The translations under genes were made by a program, and so were the position numbers. Positions 1-10,302 of a stretch of DNA of 64,000 nucleotides are shown here, one piece after another; position 1 is the first letter of the stretch; the number at the start of each line of letters is the position of its first letter. The DNA comes from Candidatus Obscuribacteraceae bacterium (GTDB taxonomy: Bacteria; Cyanobacteriota; Vampirovibrionia; Obscuribacterales; Obscuribacteraceae). The notes below the pieces were generated by a model. That model saw only the letters and a list, made by a program, of their open reading frames with translations, had not been told where the DNA came from and searched no databases. The stretch is taken from contig JBGAHS010000001.1 in the NCBI GenBank assembly GCA_044226015.1, positions 256,001 to 320,000 on the forward strand, written 5' to 3'.

Positions 1-2
1 TG

Positions 3-2504
3 AATGCAGGCGGAAATTTTATCGAACAAGCTGGACAGGAAATCATCATTCGTGGTCTGGGACGCATTGAATCTACTCAAGACATTGAGGAAATAATTCT
101 CAAGTCAGTAAATGGAACGCCAATAACAGTAGGTAAGGTAGCTGAAGTTGCTCTGGGAAAACAGTTTCGCCGGGGCGCTGCTTCGATGGATGGTCACGGC
201 GAAGCGGTGACCGGCTATGTACTTACAAGGAAGGGTGTTAATACCAAGTCAGTTGTGGAAAAGGTTCGAGAGCGCATCAAGGAGATCAAAAAAGACCTGC
301 CTGAGGGCGTCTCGATGCATCCTTATTACGATCAGAGTGAGCTTGTTGAGAAAACCATCGATACGGTAAAAGAGATTCTCTCAGTTGGTAGTGCTCTGGT
401 GATAATCGTTCTGTTTGCAGTTTTGCTGGATATTCCAGCAGCTCTGATTGTCGCTGTCGTAATACCGCTGTCATTGTTGTTTAGTTTTTTCATGATGAAA
501 ATGACCGGACTCAGTGGAAACTTGATGACTCTGGGCGCTGTGGATTTCGGGGTTGTCGTTGATGCTGCCGTAGTGGTCGTAGAAAACTGTTTCCGCCATC
601 TAGTCAATGCTCATGAGCAAGCTGAAAAGCGAGGCGCGAAAGTTGATGCTAAACAAGTTCGTGCGATCATCATGAAAGCAACGAAGGAAGTTGGTCGACC
701 CATTGTTTTTGCCATCTTTATTATTGTCTCTGTTTATGTTCCGCTCTTCACACTCGAAGGTGTTGAAGGCAAGATGTTCAGTCCGCTTGCACTCAACTTC
801 ATCTATGCATTGCTGGGCGCTCTGGTGCTTGCAATCACGATAATTCCAGTGCTCTGCACCTGGTTTATGCGTGGGAAAATCGTCGAAAGGCATAATCCGA
901 TAATTTCGTTTGCGCATAACCTTCATGAGCCGGCTTTGAAGTTCGCTCTTGCAAAACCTATCATGATCACTATTATTGCCAGCGCCATCATGGTGGCAAG
1001 TTTCTTTATAGTTCCTTTTCTTGGTTCTGAATTTATTCCCACGCTTGATGAAGGTTCAATTTTATTGCGAACGAAATTGAATCCAGCGGTGTCACTCGTG
1101 GAGTCGGAAAGAATTGCAACGCAAATTGAACGCATTATCAAGGAATTTCCCGAAGTGACCGTGGTTGTGTCGAAGATAGGTCGCTCTGGCATGGGCTCAG
1201 ACCTTGAAGGAGTGGATAATGCAGATGTGTTCATCGGACTAAAACCGAAAAGTGAGTGGAAGTCTGCTCATGAAAAAGAAGCGTTGGTGAACATGATGGC
1301 AGAGCGCCTGAACCACGTGCCCGGTCTTGTTTACAGCTTCTCCCAACCAATTGCAGATATGATTGATGACCTGATTTCAGGCATCAAAGCTGACCTCGGC
1401 ATCAAGATATTTGGAGACAATGCAATTGAAATAGATGCAATTGCAGATCAGGTGCAGAAAATAGTTTCTGAAACTCGTGGTTCAGCTGATGTGCAGAGAG
1501 AGAGAATTCTCGGACTCCCGCAGTTGAACATAAAATTGAAGCGCCGGGAGATTGCCAGATACGGCATCAATGTTGACGACGTTCAAGAACTTATCAGCAC
1601 TGCGGTAGCTGGACGTGTAGTCACCGAGGTGCTTGAAGACACGAAGCGATTTGGCTTGCTTGTCCGCTTCCCAAAAAGATTCCGCGACTCAGAGGAAGAT
1701 CTTGAGCGACTCAATGTTTCTTCTCCAAACGGAGCCCTGATTCCGCTAAAGGCGCTTGCTGACCTTAGAATTGAAGATGGTATGGTGATGATAAATCGCG
1801 AGGACGGTCAACGCAGAACTGCTGTACTGGCAAATGTTCGTGGGCGCGATTTAGGTTCATTCGTTGAGGCCGTTCGTGCGCGGGTCAACAAAGAAGTCAA
1901 ATTAGACAAGGGCTATCATATTGTTTATGGCGGTCAGTTTGAGAATCAGCAGCGGGCAATGGCTCGGTTCGCTATCGTTGTTCCTGCTGTATTGTTGCTG
2001 ATTTTTGTACTTCTTTTCGCTTCCTTTAATTCCCTGAAAAATGCCGCGCTTATCATGCTGAATGTGCCTTTCGGAATAATTGGTGGCATCGTGGCACTCT
2101 ATGTTTCTCAGCAGACACTCTCAGTGCCAGCAATCATTGGTTTTATCGCATTGTCAGGGGTGGCTGTTCAAAATGGTGTGATTTTGGTCAGCTACATCAT
2201 GCAGCTGCAACGGCGCGGCGAGCGCCTTGAGGATGCGATTGCCGAGGGTACTCGCGTGCGACTGAGACCCGTCTTGATGACAGCCCTTGTCGCCATAGTT
2301 GGATTGCTCCCTAAAGTGTTTTCCCACGGCACGGGTGCCGAGGTTCAGCGACCGCTAGCTACAGTAATTCTGGGTGGATTGATCACGGCAACGCTTTTGA
2401 CCCTGGTTGTTTTGCCAGCATTCTATAAGCTTGTAAATAAGAACGATGATCTGAGCCATCCTCCGGAGATTCGCCCGGCTGATGAGGATTCCGAGTCTGC
2501 TTGA
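3..2504 (+). CDS. CusA/CzcA family heavy-metal efflux RND transporter, 5'-truncated by window edge
   Basis: Frame is open from position 3 (NAGGNFIEQAGQEIIIRGLGRI). Motifs GAVDFGVVVDAAVVVVEN, GVEGKMFSPLA, GSEFIPTLDEG, RLRPVLMTALVA, GAEVQRPLATVILGG. Confidence 0.93.
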   Translation, partial: NAGGNFIEQAGQEIIIRGLGRIESTQDIEEIILKSVNGTPITVGKVAEVALGKQFRRGAASMDGHGEAVTGYVLTRKGVNTKSVVEKVRERIKEIKKDLPEGVSMHPYYDQSELVEKTIDTVKEILSVGSALVIIVLFAVLLDIPAALIVAVVIPLSLLFSFFMMKMTGLSGNLMTLGAVDFGVVVDAAVVVVENCFRHLVNAHEQAEKRGAKVDAKQVRAIIMKATKEVGRPIVFAIFIIVSVYVPLFTLEGVEGKMFSPLALNFIYALLGALVLAITIIPVLCTWFMRGKIVERHNPIISFAHNLHEPALKFALAKPIMITIIASAIMVASFFIVPFLGSEFIPTLDEGSILLRTKLNPAVSLVESERIATQIERIIKEFPEVTVVVSKIGRSGMGSDLEGVDNADVFIGLKPKSEWKSAHEKEALVNMMAERLNHVPGLVYSFSQPIADMIDDLISGIKADLGIKIFGDNAIEIDAIADQVQKIVSETRGSADVQRERILGLPQLNIKLKRREIARYGINVDDVQELISTAVAGRVVTEVLEDTKRFGLLVRFPKRFRDSEEDLERLNVSSPNGALIPLKALADLRIEDGMVMINREDGQRRTAVLANVRGRDLGSFVEAVRARVNKEVKLDKGYHIVYGGQFENQQRAMARFAIVVPAVLLLIFVLLFASFNSLKNAALIMLNVPFGIIGGIVALYVSQQTLSVPAIIGFIALSGVAVQNGVILVSYIMQLQRRGERLEDAIAEGTRVRLRPVLMTALVAIVGLLPKVFSHGTGAEVQRPLATVILGGLITATLLTLVVLPAFYKLVNKNDDLSHPPEIRPADEDSESA

Positions 2505-2525
2505 CTTGCGATTCCTTGAGGGCAG

Positions 2526-2650
2526 GTCTTGACTCTGCATCTACCGAGCTTGTAGGGACTCGGGGCTCGTCTTGACTCTGCATCTACGGATTTTGTGGGA
2601 CCTCGGGGACAGTCTTGATTCAGCAATCTGTTGAGCTTGCGATTCCTTGC
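2526..2650. repeat. Three degenerate 43-bp tandem repeats after RND stop codon
   Basis: GTCTTGACTCTGCATCTAC at 2526 and 2569, GTCTTGATTCAGCAATCT at 2612; period 43. Confidence 0.8.
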
Positions 2651-2731
2651 GGTGCCTTCCTTAACATCGGTTAAAAGAATATTGTTAATGGAACCTACTG
2701 AGATCCATCATCGTCTGGCCGCCAGTGTAGA

Positions 2732-4030
2732 ATGATTCCCAGGGTTCATTCTGGGATCTTGTTTATTGTGCCAGAAATGCTGAGGTGCCTGCGCATGCAG
2801 CCAAAATTTAGATTTCCATTAGCTGTTCTTATTTCAATTTCTTTTCTTCTCGGCGGCATCGCGCAGCAAGGCGTTTTTGCTACTGATTTCAAATCGCTTA
2901 ACTTTTCCCCAAATACCATCGCAGATATAGCTGAGAAAGCCAGCCCTGCGGTGGTCCATTTGGAAATGCAGCATAAGATCAAACAAGCTCAATTCGGTGG
3001 TTTTCCTATCACCGAATTTTATTTCAATGGTCAGAAAGTCACTCCTGAAGATGATTCTTCGTCAAAAAATGATTCTTCGTCAAAAAGTGATTCTGGCAGT
3101 GACGACAAGAGCAAAAATGCTGCACCGAATGCGACACCAAAGACCGGAGCCGGAAGCAAGCCGAAGGGCTTCACTACACCAATGCGAACTGGGGAAATCG
3201 CCACTGGTTTTATCATTCGTCCTGAAGGTTATATCGTCACCAATTTTCACGCAGTGACCGGGCAAGATCGCATCAAGGTCACGCTCTGGGACAAACGCGT
3301 TTTTGACGGAACGATAGTTGGAATAGACCCATTTTCAGATCTTGCTGTAGTGAAAATCGATGCTAAAGATTTGCCGACCCTGAGCTTTGGAAGCTCATCA
3401 GCTCTGCGTCCTGGTGAATTCTCTGTCGCAATTGGCTCTCCATTGAACGAAGATCACTCTGTCACCTTTGGTATCATTTCTGCTGTAGGACGAAATGAGA
3501 GAGATGTGAATGGAAATATCAATTTCATTCAAACTGATACTGCTATCAATCCTGGTAATTCCGGTGGACCGCTTCTGAATCTGAATGGAGAAGTAGTTGG
3601 AGTCAACACCGCCATTCGTCCGATGGCGCAAAACATCGCCTATTCCATTCCTGCAGATGTAGCAAAGGCTGTAGCTGAAGAATTGATTGAGAAGGGAAAA
3701 ATTGACCGTCCCTGGCTTGGGGTCGTCATGTCCGAGCTGGAAGAGGGCTATCTCAAAGGCGTAGAGCTTCCCGCAGACACCAAAGGCGTGCTAATTCGCG
3801 ATTTTGTGCAGGGTAGTCCCGGCCAAGCTTCTGGGCTCATAAAAGGTGACATCATCCAGAAGATTGACAATAAAGCGATGGCGTTGCCCAAAGACGTGAA
3901 AGACTATGTGCAAAGTCGCAAGTCTGGCGATGTTCTCCAATTCAATATTCTGCGCAACAAGGCAAGTCAGAATATTTCTGTGAGCGTTGGTACTTATCCA
4001 AAAGAGGCGGGTGCTCCGCGAAGACGATAG
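2732..4030 (+). CDS. HtrA/DegP-family serine protease with one PDZ domain (start may be ATG 2795)
   Basis: Triad motifs TNFHAV, SDLAVVKI, INPGNSGGPL; C-terminal PDZ (RPWLGV...GDIIQKID); N-terminal hydrophobic signal. Confidence 0.93.
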   Translation: MIPRVHSGILFIVPEMLRCLRMQPKFRFPLAVLISISFLLGGIAQQGVFATDFKSLNFSPNTIADIAEKASPAVVHLEMQHKIKQAQFGGFPITEFYFNGQKVTPEDDSSSKNDSSSKSDSGSDDKSKNAAPNATPKTGAGSKPKGFTTPMRTGEIATGFIIRPEGYIVTNFHAVTGQDRIKVTLWDKRVFDGTIVGIDPFSDLAVVKIDAKDLPTLSFGSSSALRPGEFSVAIGSPLNEDHSVTFGIISAVGRNERDVNGNINFIQTDTAINPGNSGGPLLNLNGEVVGVNTAIRPMAQNIAYSIPADVAKAVAEELIEKGKIDRPWLGVVMSELEEGYLKGVELPADTKGVLIRDFVQGSPGQASGLIKGDIIQKIDNKAMALPKDVKDYVQSRKSGDVLQFNILRNKASQNISVSVGTYPKEAGAPRRR

Positions 4031-4040
4031 TTCAAGCGAG

Positions 4041-4071
4041 AGGCAGCCACTGGCTGCCTTTCATTTTTTTT
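4041..4071 (+). terminator. Intrinsic terminator after htrA-like gene
   Basis: AGGCAGCC-ACT-GGCTGCCT hairpin followed by TTCATTTTTTTT. Confidence 0.7.
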
Positions 4072-4074
4072 GAA

Positions 4075-6099
4075 GTGAATAAAGGAGTGAAAATGAAATC
4101 TGGCTATAAGTTCGCAGCGGTGCTGGGCAAAAGTGAAATACTGCTCTCAGCTCTAGCGGCATTGATGTTGGGCAATTTTTCCAGCAGCATGGCAGCTTCG
4201 GATAAATTGTTAGATTTGCCGCCTGCGAAAATAAAGCTGCATTCTCCACTAGTGACTGGCAATGGATTTGGTTATGCCGTAGTGGCGAGTAATGGTGATT
4301 TAACTCGGTTTTACGCTCATCCCTATCGATATGAAAAAGCAAATCCAGACCCTAGCAAAGACGGCTACACCACAGCCAATTTTTTCAAAAAGCTCTCTTG
4401 GTCTGGACAGAAACCAGCTAATAAGCCCGAACAATTGGGCTATATAAATGAGTCGCATGTTGTTCAAATCAAATCAGATAAAGGTGAATTTGAATATTTC
4501 TCACCGTTTCAGCTGAAGCACAACGTCTTGATTGCTGTTAGCCGTACTGGCGAAGAAGATAACCATGATGCTGTTCTCAATGCCGCATGGTTGCATGCTG
4601 TCCAATCTGATGAGCTTGTAAAAGTTCAAAATCGAAACGTGCGTTTGCTCAAGTTCAAAGATGTGAAAGAAATGCTCGTTGTAGTTCCGCTGGAAGAAAA
4701 AGCAGCGCCAGATTTGAAGACAAAGTCAAATTCAATAAGAGGCGGAGTCACGGCTTTTCTGGTGCTTGAGAAGAAAGATGACTTGCAAAAATCGGTAGCA
4801 GACATTCTGAAATGGAAAGCCGATTTGTCAGGCACGAAGCTTATTGAACGTGAGATAAAAAATCTCGAGGCATGGCGTGTCAAGCCGAATGTGACGTTCA
4901 AGAATGATGCTGAGAAAAAACTATGGCGCCAAAACGAGACCATCTTCAAGATGTCGCAAATTCTTGAGGAAAACAATGCGAAGCGATGCAATCATGGATT
5001 GATGCTAGCGTGTTTGCCTGATGGAGTTTGGTTCACGCCCTGGGTCCGTGACATGTCCTATGCACTGGTGGGTCTAAGCCAAATGGGACATTTGAAAGAA
5101 GCTCGCCTGGGCATCATGTCCTGGATGAATGCGCATCCTATGGCGCTCTGGAAAAAGGAAACTAGAAACCAGGATTATCAAATCTCAGTAGTGAGATATT
5201 ACGGTGATGGTTCAGAGGAAGCGGATTACTCTGGTTTGAGTACGCCAAATGTTGAGTTCGATGACTGGGGGCTCGCTCTCTGGGCGATTGGAGAGTACTG
5301 GGATGCGTCGCACGACAAGACATTGTTGAATGAGAAAACTTATCGCGGTAACACCGTGTATGAATCTATGCGTGATTTCATAGTGAAGCCCTTGTTGGTA
5401 AATACCGACCCTTACAAGGATGGCATCATTGTTCAGAAGGATTCTTCTTGTTGGGAAGAACACCAGGAGCACAAGAGGCATTATTCATTTTCAACCATTA
5501 CTGCAATTCCTGGACTTCAGGCTTTTGCTAAAATTGCTCGCGAAATGAAAGATGAGAAAAGTGCCAAAATGGTGGATGAAAAAATCAAAGCACTTCAAAA
5601 GGGATTTCGTTCAGCTTTCATAGCTGACGGCGCTGTTCGTGGTTTGTTGGAAGTGAACGAGCAACCGAAAACAAAGGTGGACGGCTCTTCACTCGAAGCT
5701 GTGAATTTTGGATTATTAGATGTCCACAATCCTGCTGATCTGAAGATTATCAATAAAACTATTGATAATCTATCTGCGATCAAGACTGCGTCTGGCGGGT
5801 ATAAGCGAAATACTGGACCCAGCAACTATGAAGCTCACGAGTTTCTCTTTGTTGATTTTGCTCTTGCTCGGTCGCTGCAAAAAATGGGTAGAAATGAGGA
5901 AGCCGCGAAGATGTTTGATTGGCTGATTCAAAAATCTATTTTGGATCACGGGTTAATTGCTGAAATGTACGTATCAGAGCTAAACAAAGATTGTCCTGGT
6001 GAAATTGGTGACCCTGCTGGTGCAATTCCGATGGTTGGCTATGGCGCCGGTTTGTTCACAATGACCTTAGAAGAGCGAGAACACCAGAAGAAGAAATAA
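4075..6099 (+). CDS. Secreted six-hairpin glycosidase, GH15 (glucoamylase-like)
   Basis: Signal peptide; WVRDMSY (WxRD), EFDDWG, CWEE, GLIAEMY motifs typical of (alpha/alpha)6 GH15-like enzymes. Confidence 0.7.
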   Translation: MNKGVKMKSGYKFAAVLGKSEILLSALAALMLGNFSSSMAASDKLLDLPPAKIKLHSPLVTGNGFGYAVVASNGDLTRFYAHPYRYEKANPDPSKDGYTTANFFKKLSWSGQKPANKPEQLGYINESHVVQIKSDKGEFEYFSPFQLKHNVLIAVSRTGEEDNHDAVLNAAWLHAVQSDELVKVQNRNVRLLKFKDVKEMLVVVPLEEKAAPDLKTKSNSIRGGVTAFLVLEKKDDLQKSVADILKWKADLSGTKLIEREIKNLEAWRVKPNVTFKNDAEKKLWRQNETIFKMSQILEENNAKRCNHGLMLACLPDGVWFTPWVRDMSYALVGLSQMGHLKEARLGIMSWMNAHPMALWKKETRNQDYQISVVRYYGDGSEEADYSGLSTPNVEFDDWGLALWAIGEYWDASHDKTLLNEKTYRGNTVYESMRDFIVKPLLVNTDPYKDGIIVQKDSSCWEEHQEHKRHYSFSTITAIPGLQAFAKIAREMKDEKSAKMVDEKIKALQKGFRSAFIADGAVRGLLEVNEQPKTKVDGSSLEAVNFGLLDVHNPADLKIINKTIDNLSAIKTASGGYKRNTGPSNYEAHEFLFVDFALARSLQKMGRNEEAAKMFDWLIQKSILDHGLIAEMYVSELNKDCPGEIGDPAGAIPMVGYGAGLFTMTLEEREHQKKK

Positions 6100-6106
6100 A
6101 GGTGCT

Positions 6107-8890
6107 GTGGAAAACGATAAGGAAGAGACTAGCGCTGCTTTCTCTAAACCTGCCGCTTCAGGACCAGGTTTAAAAGCTGGCGCTGTCATCGACGGAAAAT
6201 TCGAACTTATCGCAGAGATAGGCAGAGGCGCTTACGGTGTAATTTTTAAAGCGCGGCATCTCACTCTTGATCAAATTGTAGCCGTCAAGTTCATAGAACA
6301 TCATTTTGTGGATTCTGCCGTTTCGTTGCAACGCTTTCATAACGAAGCTAAAGTTCTCAGCACTTTTGATCATCCCAACATAGTGCACTTTCTGACTTAT
6401 TCTTCGAATCAAAACGGTGCGCAGTACATCATGATGGAATACCTCAGTGGTATCAGCCTTGAGGAGTATTTGAAGGCTCATACGATTGATCAAAAGTTCT
6501 TGATTCTGGTGATGAAACAGGTTCTGGCCGCTCTGTCATATGCTCATGAAAAAGGCATTATTCACAGAGACATAAAGCCAGCCAATATTTTTTTGCTCAA
6601 CACCGAAGGAAATCCTTTGGTTAAGCTGATAGATTTTGGTATCTTCAAAATCGAGAATGATTCTGCCGGCGGGCTAACAAAGACCGGCGTAGCCATTGGC
6701 AGCGCAAACTACATGAGCCCGGAGCAATGCCGTGCCCAGTCGCTTGACAGACGATCGGATATTTACTCGGTCGGTTGCGTTATGTATGAATGCGTTGTAG
6801 GTACTCCACCCATGGCCGCTGAAAACGACTTGCTTGTGATGACGAACCATTTGAACAAAGAAGTTAGTCAAGTTCCGTCTAAAATACCGATTTCAAAGGG
6901 ACTGACAGCTGCTATTCTCAAATGTCTCCAGAAAGCGCCAGGCAATCGCTTTGCTTCAGCCGAAGATTTGTCCAATGTTCTTGTGGAAGAGCTTGATGCT
7001 GAAACAGTGCGTGGTTCAAACAAGGATAAAAGCGCTCTTCTAATTGTTTCACTCAGTCTTGTTGTGCTTGTGCTTGGGGTTGGCTTCGCTTTTTCAAGTC
7101 GTAGTCCGCTTCATTCTCTGGCAGAAGTAGGCAAAAACAAGGCTGTCGTAATTCAAGAAAGGCTCTCAGTAAATAGATTTCCTGACCCTCTCTATCCGCC
7201 AGCCAACGCTATTTCCAAGTTGTCTGACTGGTTGCAGTTTGCCCTGAATGATAAAAATGCTTCGACTGCAAGAATTTCGTCATGTATGGCCAGATTGCGT
7301 GAGAACTACTGCAAAATGTTGGATGAAAATGCAAAAATACCTCTGGAAGATAGAGCAATAAAGCGCTTAGAACAAGAGTGTAATCGTGATCGTTTGGCCA
7401 GGAACACGGAACCAGCTTCTCGCCTGGACTTGAAAGAACATCAAGAAAGGCTGAGAGATCTTTGTGTTGCCCAACGAGCTGCAAACAGAATAACTGATGC
7501 TGAAGAAACACTAGCTCAAGCAAGAGCTTTGCGAAATCGATCTGTTCAAGACACCAATATTTCATTCGTGGATTTACTTTGCGACCTGGCCAAGATTGAA
7601 TCTGACGAGTCTAACTACGATAAAGCCGAGAAGTACATTCAAGAGGCGGTGAAACTTGGTGAATATGGTAGACCAGGAGATTTGCTGCTTAAACTTGCTC
7701 TTCAATACCAACAAGATGGAAAATTCAGCGAAGCAGTGAAGAGTCTGAATGAAGGATTCGAATGTTATCAGCGGAATATGTATCCTGGATACTGTGATGG
7801 TTCAATTTTGGTTTTGATGGGTACTGGTTTGGAGCTTAACCAGCCAGGGAGTGTTCTTCGATTTATCGAAAAAAACTACAGCAGTGCCTCGCAACTCAAG
7901 CCACTCGAAGAAAATGGCGACTCTGAGGCTGTTTTGCAGAATAGAGGCGCTGCTTATATCCAGTTGAATCGACCTGACGAGGCCTTGGGTGCTTACCGTC
8001 AAATGCGAGAGATTGCTAAGAAACATAAGCGCAAGGAAAGAGAAGTAGATGCCTTAAAGCAAATTATCAAATTGCAGACCAAGTGGCAGAGAGATTCATC
8101 AAAAGAAATCAAAGAGTTGCTGTCCCTGGTTTCGGCAAACGAAGAGGAGCATTTAGCGACTCTGAACTATTTGGATGCTACATACAACAAGCCGAAGATA
8201 ACACTGCCCGCTTTAAGACAAGAGCTAGACTCTTCAGCTGAAAAGATCAAAACTCGCTTCCCTTCATTGTACTTGGCTCTCTTAAGCAACTTCTACGAGC
8301 GGGCAGCTGTGAAAAGAGAATTTCGGGTGGCTGCACAGATTCAGGAAGAGCGTGAAAAGTTTGTGTACAAGAATGGAGATAGTGAGCCTAATCTTGAACT
8401 GAATTATGGGTCCTATCTGGCATTGTTAAACTGTTACGGTTTAGTGCATGATGAAAAAAAACTCGACGATACCTATGCCCGTATGATGCGCTTACGGGGA
8501 CTTTCTCCCGTGCTTGACTTTGTCTGCGTGTTTTACTATGGAAATTATATGGCTCGTATAAATTATGCAAAAGGCATTGGTGTTCTAGAGAAGCTTCTAG
8601 CTGATATTGATAGCAAATCTATTCGTAACTTACCTGATTACTGCACTGTTGTGGAGTCGATTTGCCACCTCTATAGAGGAAAAGACACTGAAAAAATCAA
8701 GCCACTGGTTGAGCGTGCGATGGAGAAAGTGAAGCATGATCGTCCTGGCGCAGTAGCTGAGCAGATCCGGCTACTCGTGTTGTTGAAAGAGATCTGTTCT
8801 CGAGAAGACACGGCAGCTAGGGAGAAAATTGACGCTCAGTTGAAGGACTTGGAACTGCTTAAGTCTCAATACATTGCCAGTGTCTACTAG
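6107..8890 (+). CDS. Membrane Hanks-type Ser/Thr protein kinase with C-terminal TPR-like helical region
   Basis: GRGAYG, VAVK, HRDIKPAN, DFG, YMSPE; TM helix LLIVSLSLVVLVLGVGFAF; helical repeats downstream. Confidence 0.92.
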   Translation: MENDKEETSAAFSKPAASGPGLKAGAVIDGKFELIAEIGRGAYGVIFKARHLTLDQIVAVKFIEHHFVDSAVSLQRFHNEAKVLSTFDHPNIVHFLTYSSNQNGAQYIMMEYLSGISLEEYLKAHTIDQKFLILVMKQVLAALSYAHEKGIIHRDIKPANIFLLNTEGNPLVKLIDFGIFKIENDSAGGLTKTGVAIGSANYMSPEQCRAQSLDRRSDIYSVGCVMYECVVGTPPMAAENDLLVMTNHLNKEVSQVPSKIPISKGLTAAILKCLQKAPGNRFASAEDLSNVLVEELDAETVRGSNKDKSALLIVSLSLVVLVLGVGFAFSSRSPLHSLAEVGKNKAVVIQERLSVNRFPDPLYPPANAISKLSDWLQFALNDKNASTARISSCMARLRENYCKMLDENAKIPLEDRAIKRLEQECNRDRLARNTEPASRLDLKEHQERLRDLCVAQRAANRITDAEETLAQARALRNRSVQDTNISFVDLLCDLAKIESDESNYDKAEKYIQEAVKLGEYGRPGDLLLKLALQYQQDGKFSEAVKSLNEGFECYQRNMYPGYCDGSILVLMGTGLELNQPGSVLRFIEKNYSSASQLKPLEENGDSEAVLQNRGAAYIQLNRPDEALGAYRQMREIAKKHKRKEREVDALKQIIKLQTKWQRDSSKEIKELLSLVSANEEEHLATLNYLDATYNKPKITLPALRQELDSSAEKIKTRFPSLYLALLSNFYERAAVKREFRVAAQIQEEREKFVYKNGDSEPNLELNYGSYLALLNCYGLVHDEKKLDDTYARMMRLRGLSPVLDFVCVFYYGNYMARINYAKGIGVLEKLLADIDSKSIRNLPDYCTVVESICHLYRGKDTEKIKPLVERAMEKVKHDRPGAVAEQIRLLVLLKEICSREDTAAREKIDAQLKDLELLKSQYIASVY

Positions 8891-10017
8891 AAGATCAAAC
8901 TAATTGGTTTTTCTAGGACTGCCAGGCTCTCTTTTTGGCGAGCCAGAAACCCTTTCCATTCATGTTCGATTCGTTGGCGTTCTTCATCATCGTGAATTGA
9001 TTGGTAAACCTTCCGAAAGCTCTCTTGTGATTTCAGAAAGGACTCGTTGAACCTCTTTTCTCCCCACTGATACATGTGAGAATCTGTGTCGTACCATTTG
9101 CTCAAGAAGAGCAACGATTCACTACGTTTTGCGAATTCGTGGCAGGCATCTACAAAATTGCTCAGCGTCTGCTCTGAAAAGATGTCTTTCGAAGAATCCT
9201 GTGTTTTCTCAATGCGATCGTCTGCCCGTGAGAGAACATTGTCCGCCGCATTGTCTGTTGTGTCGTAGAGATGTAACTCAAGCGCCTTCGAATCATTTCG
9301 TTGAACTGTTCTGCGAGACTTCAAGACGGCAGTTTCGTTGCCTTTTTTAGCGGATCCTTCTTGCTTCACGGATCCTTCTTGCTTCGCGGATCCTTCTTGT
9401 CTTGCGGATCCTTCTTGTTTCGCGGATCCTTCTTGCTTTGTGGATCCTTCCTGCTTGGTGGATCCTTCTTGTTTTGCGGATCCTTCTTGCTTTGTGGATC
9501 CTTCTTGTTTTGCGGATCCGGTTTTGTTTGGCAGCAATTCGGATAGAATACGCTCTTTGAATTCCTTCATCGGTAGCTCATACGCTGGCGCAAACCGTGA
9601 GCGTGTCTTGTTTTCCTGGCTGTTGTTGTTGCGAGAATCAAGTTCTTTGACAATAGATTCTTTCAGCAATTTTTTTCCGTAATCGCTAAGTATTTCGAAT
9701 CTATCTCCAGGAGCCAAGCGTTTGTTATTGTTTAGCCCCGCTGTATCGTGAGCCAAAATTTCAATATTGTTTTCTTTCATGCTGGGAAACATTCGTTCAA
9801 GAACTGATTTGTATGATTCACCTTCTTTAGCTGGAATGCTTTGGCACTTTTGTTGAATGCCAATATCCAACTTTGAAAGAAATACTTCTCTGGACGATTC
9901 CTCCGATATCATTCTCCGAAAGATAGAGCTATCTCCAGCGGTTCGCGCTGCTCGCTCGCCGTACTTATCTTGAGACATTTCTGGGGACATAGACGACTCT
10001 CTTTCTAGTATGCACAC
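8887..10017 (-). CDS. Hypothetical protein with (GSxKQE)n tandem repeat
   Basis: 376-aa ORF filling the gap, converging on the kinase with a 4-bp overlap; start uncertain. Confidence 0.7.
   Translation of the reverse strand: MCILERESSMSPEMSQDKYGERAARTAGDSSIFRRMISEESSREVFLSKLDIGIQQKCQSIPAKEGESYKSVLERMFPSMKENNIEILAHDTAGLNNNKRLAPGDRFEILSDYGKKLLKESIVKELDSRNNNSQENKTRSRFAPAYELPMKEFKERILSELLPNKTGSAKQEGSTKQEGSAKQEGSTKQEGSTKQEGSAKQEGSARQEGSAKQEGSVKQEGSAKKGNETAVLKSRRTVQRNDSKALELHLYDTTDNAADNVLSRADDRIEKTQDSSKDIFSEQTLSNFVDACHEFAKRSESLLFLSKWYDTDSHMYQWGEKRFNESFLKSQESFRKVYQSIHDDEERQRIEHEWKGFLARQKESLAVLEKPISLIF
9352..9518. repeat. 18-bp coding tandem repeat, about 9 copies
   Basis: GGATCCTTCTTG(C/T)TT.. units; encodes GS[A/T/V][K/R]QE on the minus strand. 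Confidence 0.95.
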
Positions 10018-10302
10018 TACCCTACAGACTAAGCTAGCAGGTGGAGTCTGAAAGTTTCTTGAAAGTCCTTCTGTTTAAAGTAACGCGAATTCCTATATAA
10101 ACGATTGTCGAATCTCGCGCACCGTTAAAATTTCTCATGCATTTCGATTTTGCGTTTGGAATTCGGCTAGTCTGGTTTTAGATAAGTGGTGGCGAGGGTG
10201 GAAATGCAAAAATGGATTAATTTGGCAGTTAGCATTAGGGCTCAGCGGGCAAGATTTTCTTGAGCCGTTCATTTTTTGCATTTTCGAATGGAGGATTTCA
10301 AA

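Noticed and set aside
3050..3092. 18-bp duplication in htrA
   Set aside because: Short Ser/Asp/Lys linker duplication in a variable loop; unremarkable.
9301..9682. Plus-strand ORFs with ADPSCF / GSFLLC repeats
   Set aside because: Antisense shadows of the 18-bp repeat within the 376-aa minus-strand gene.
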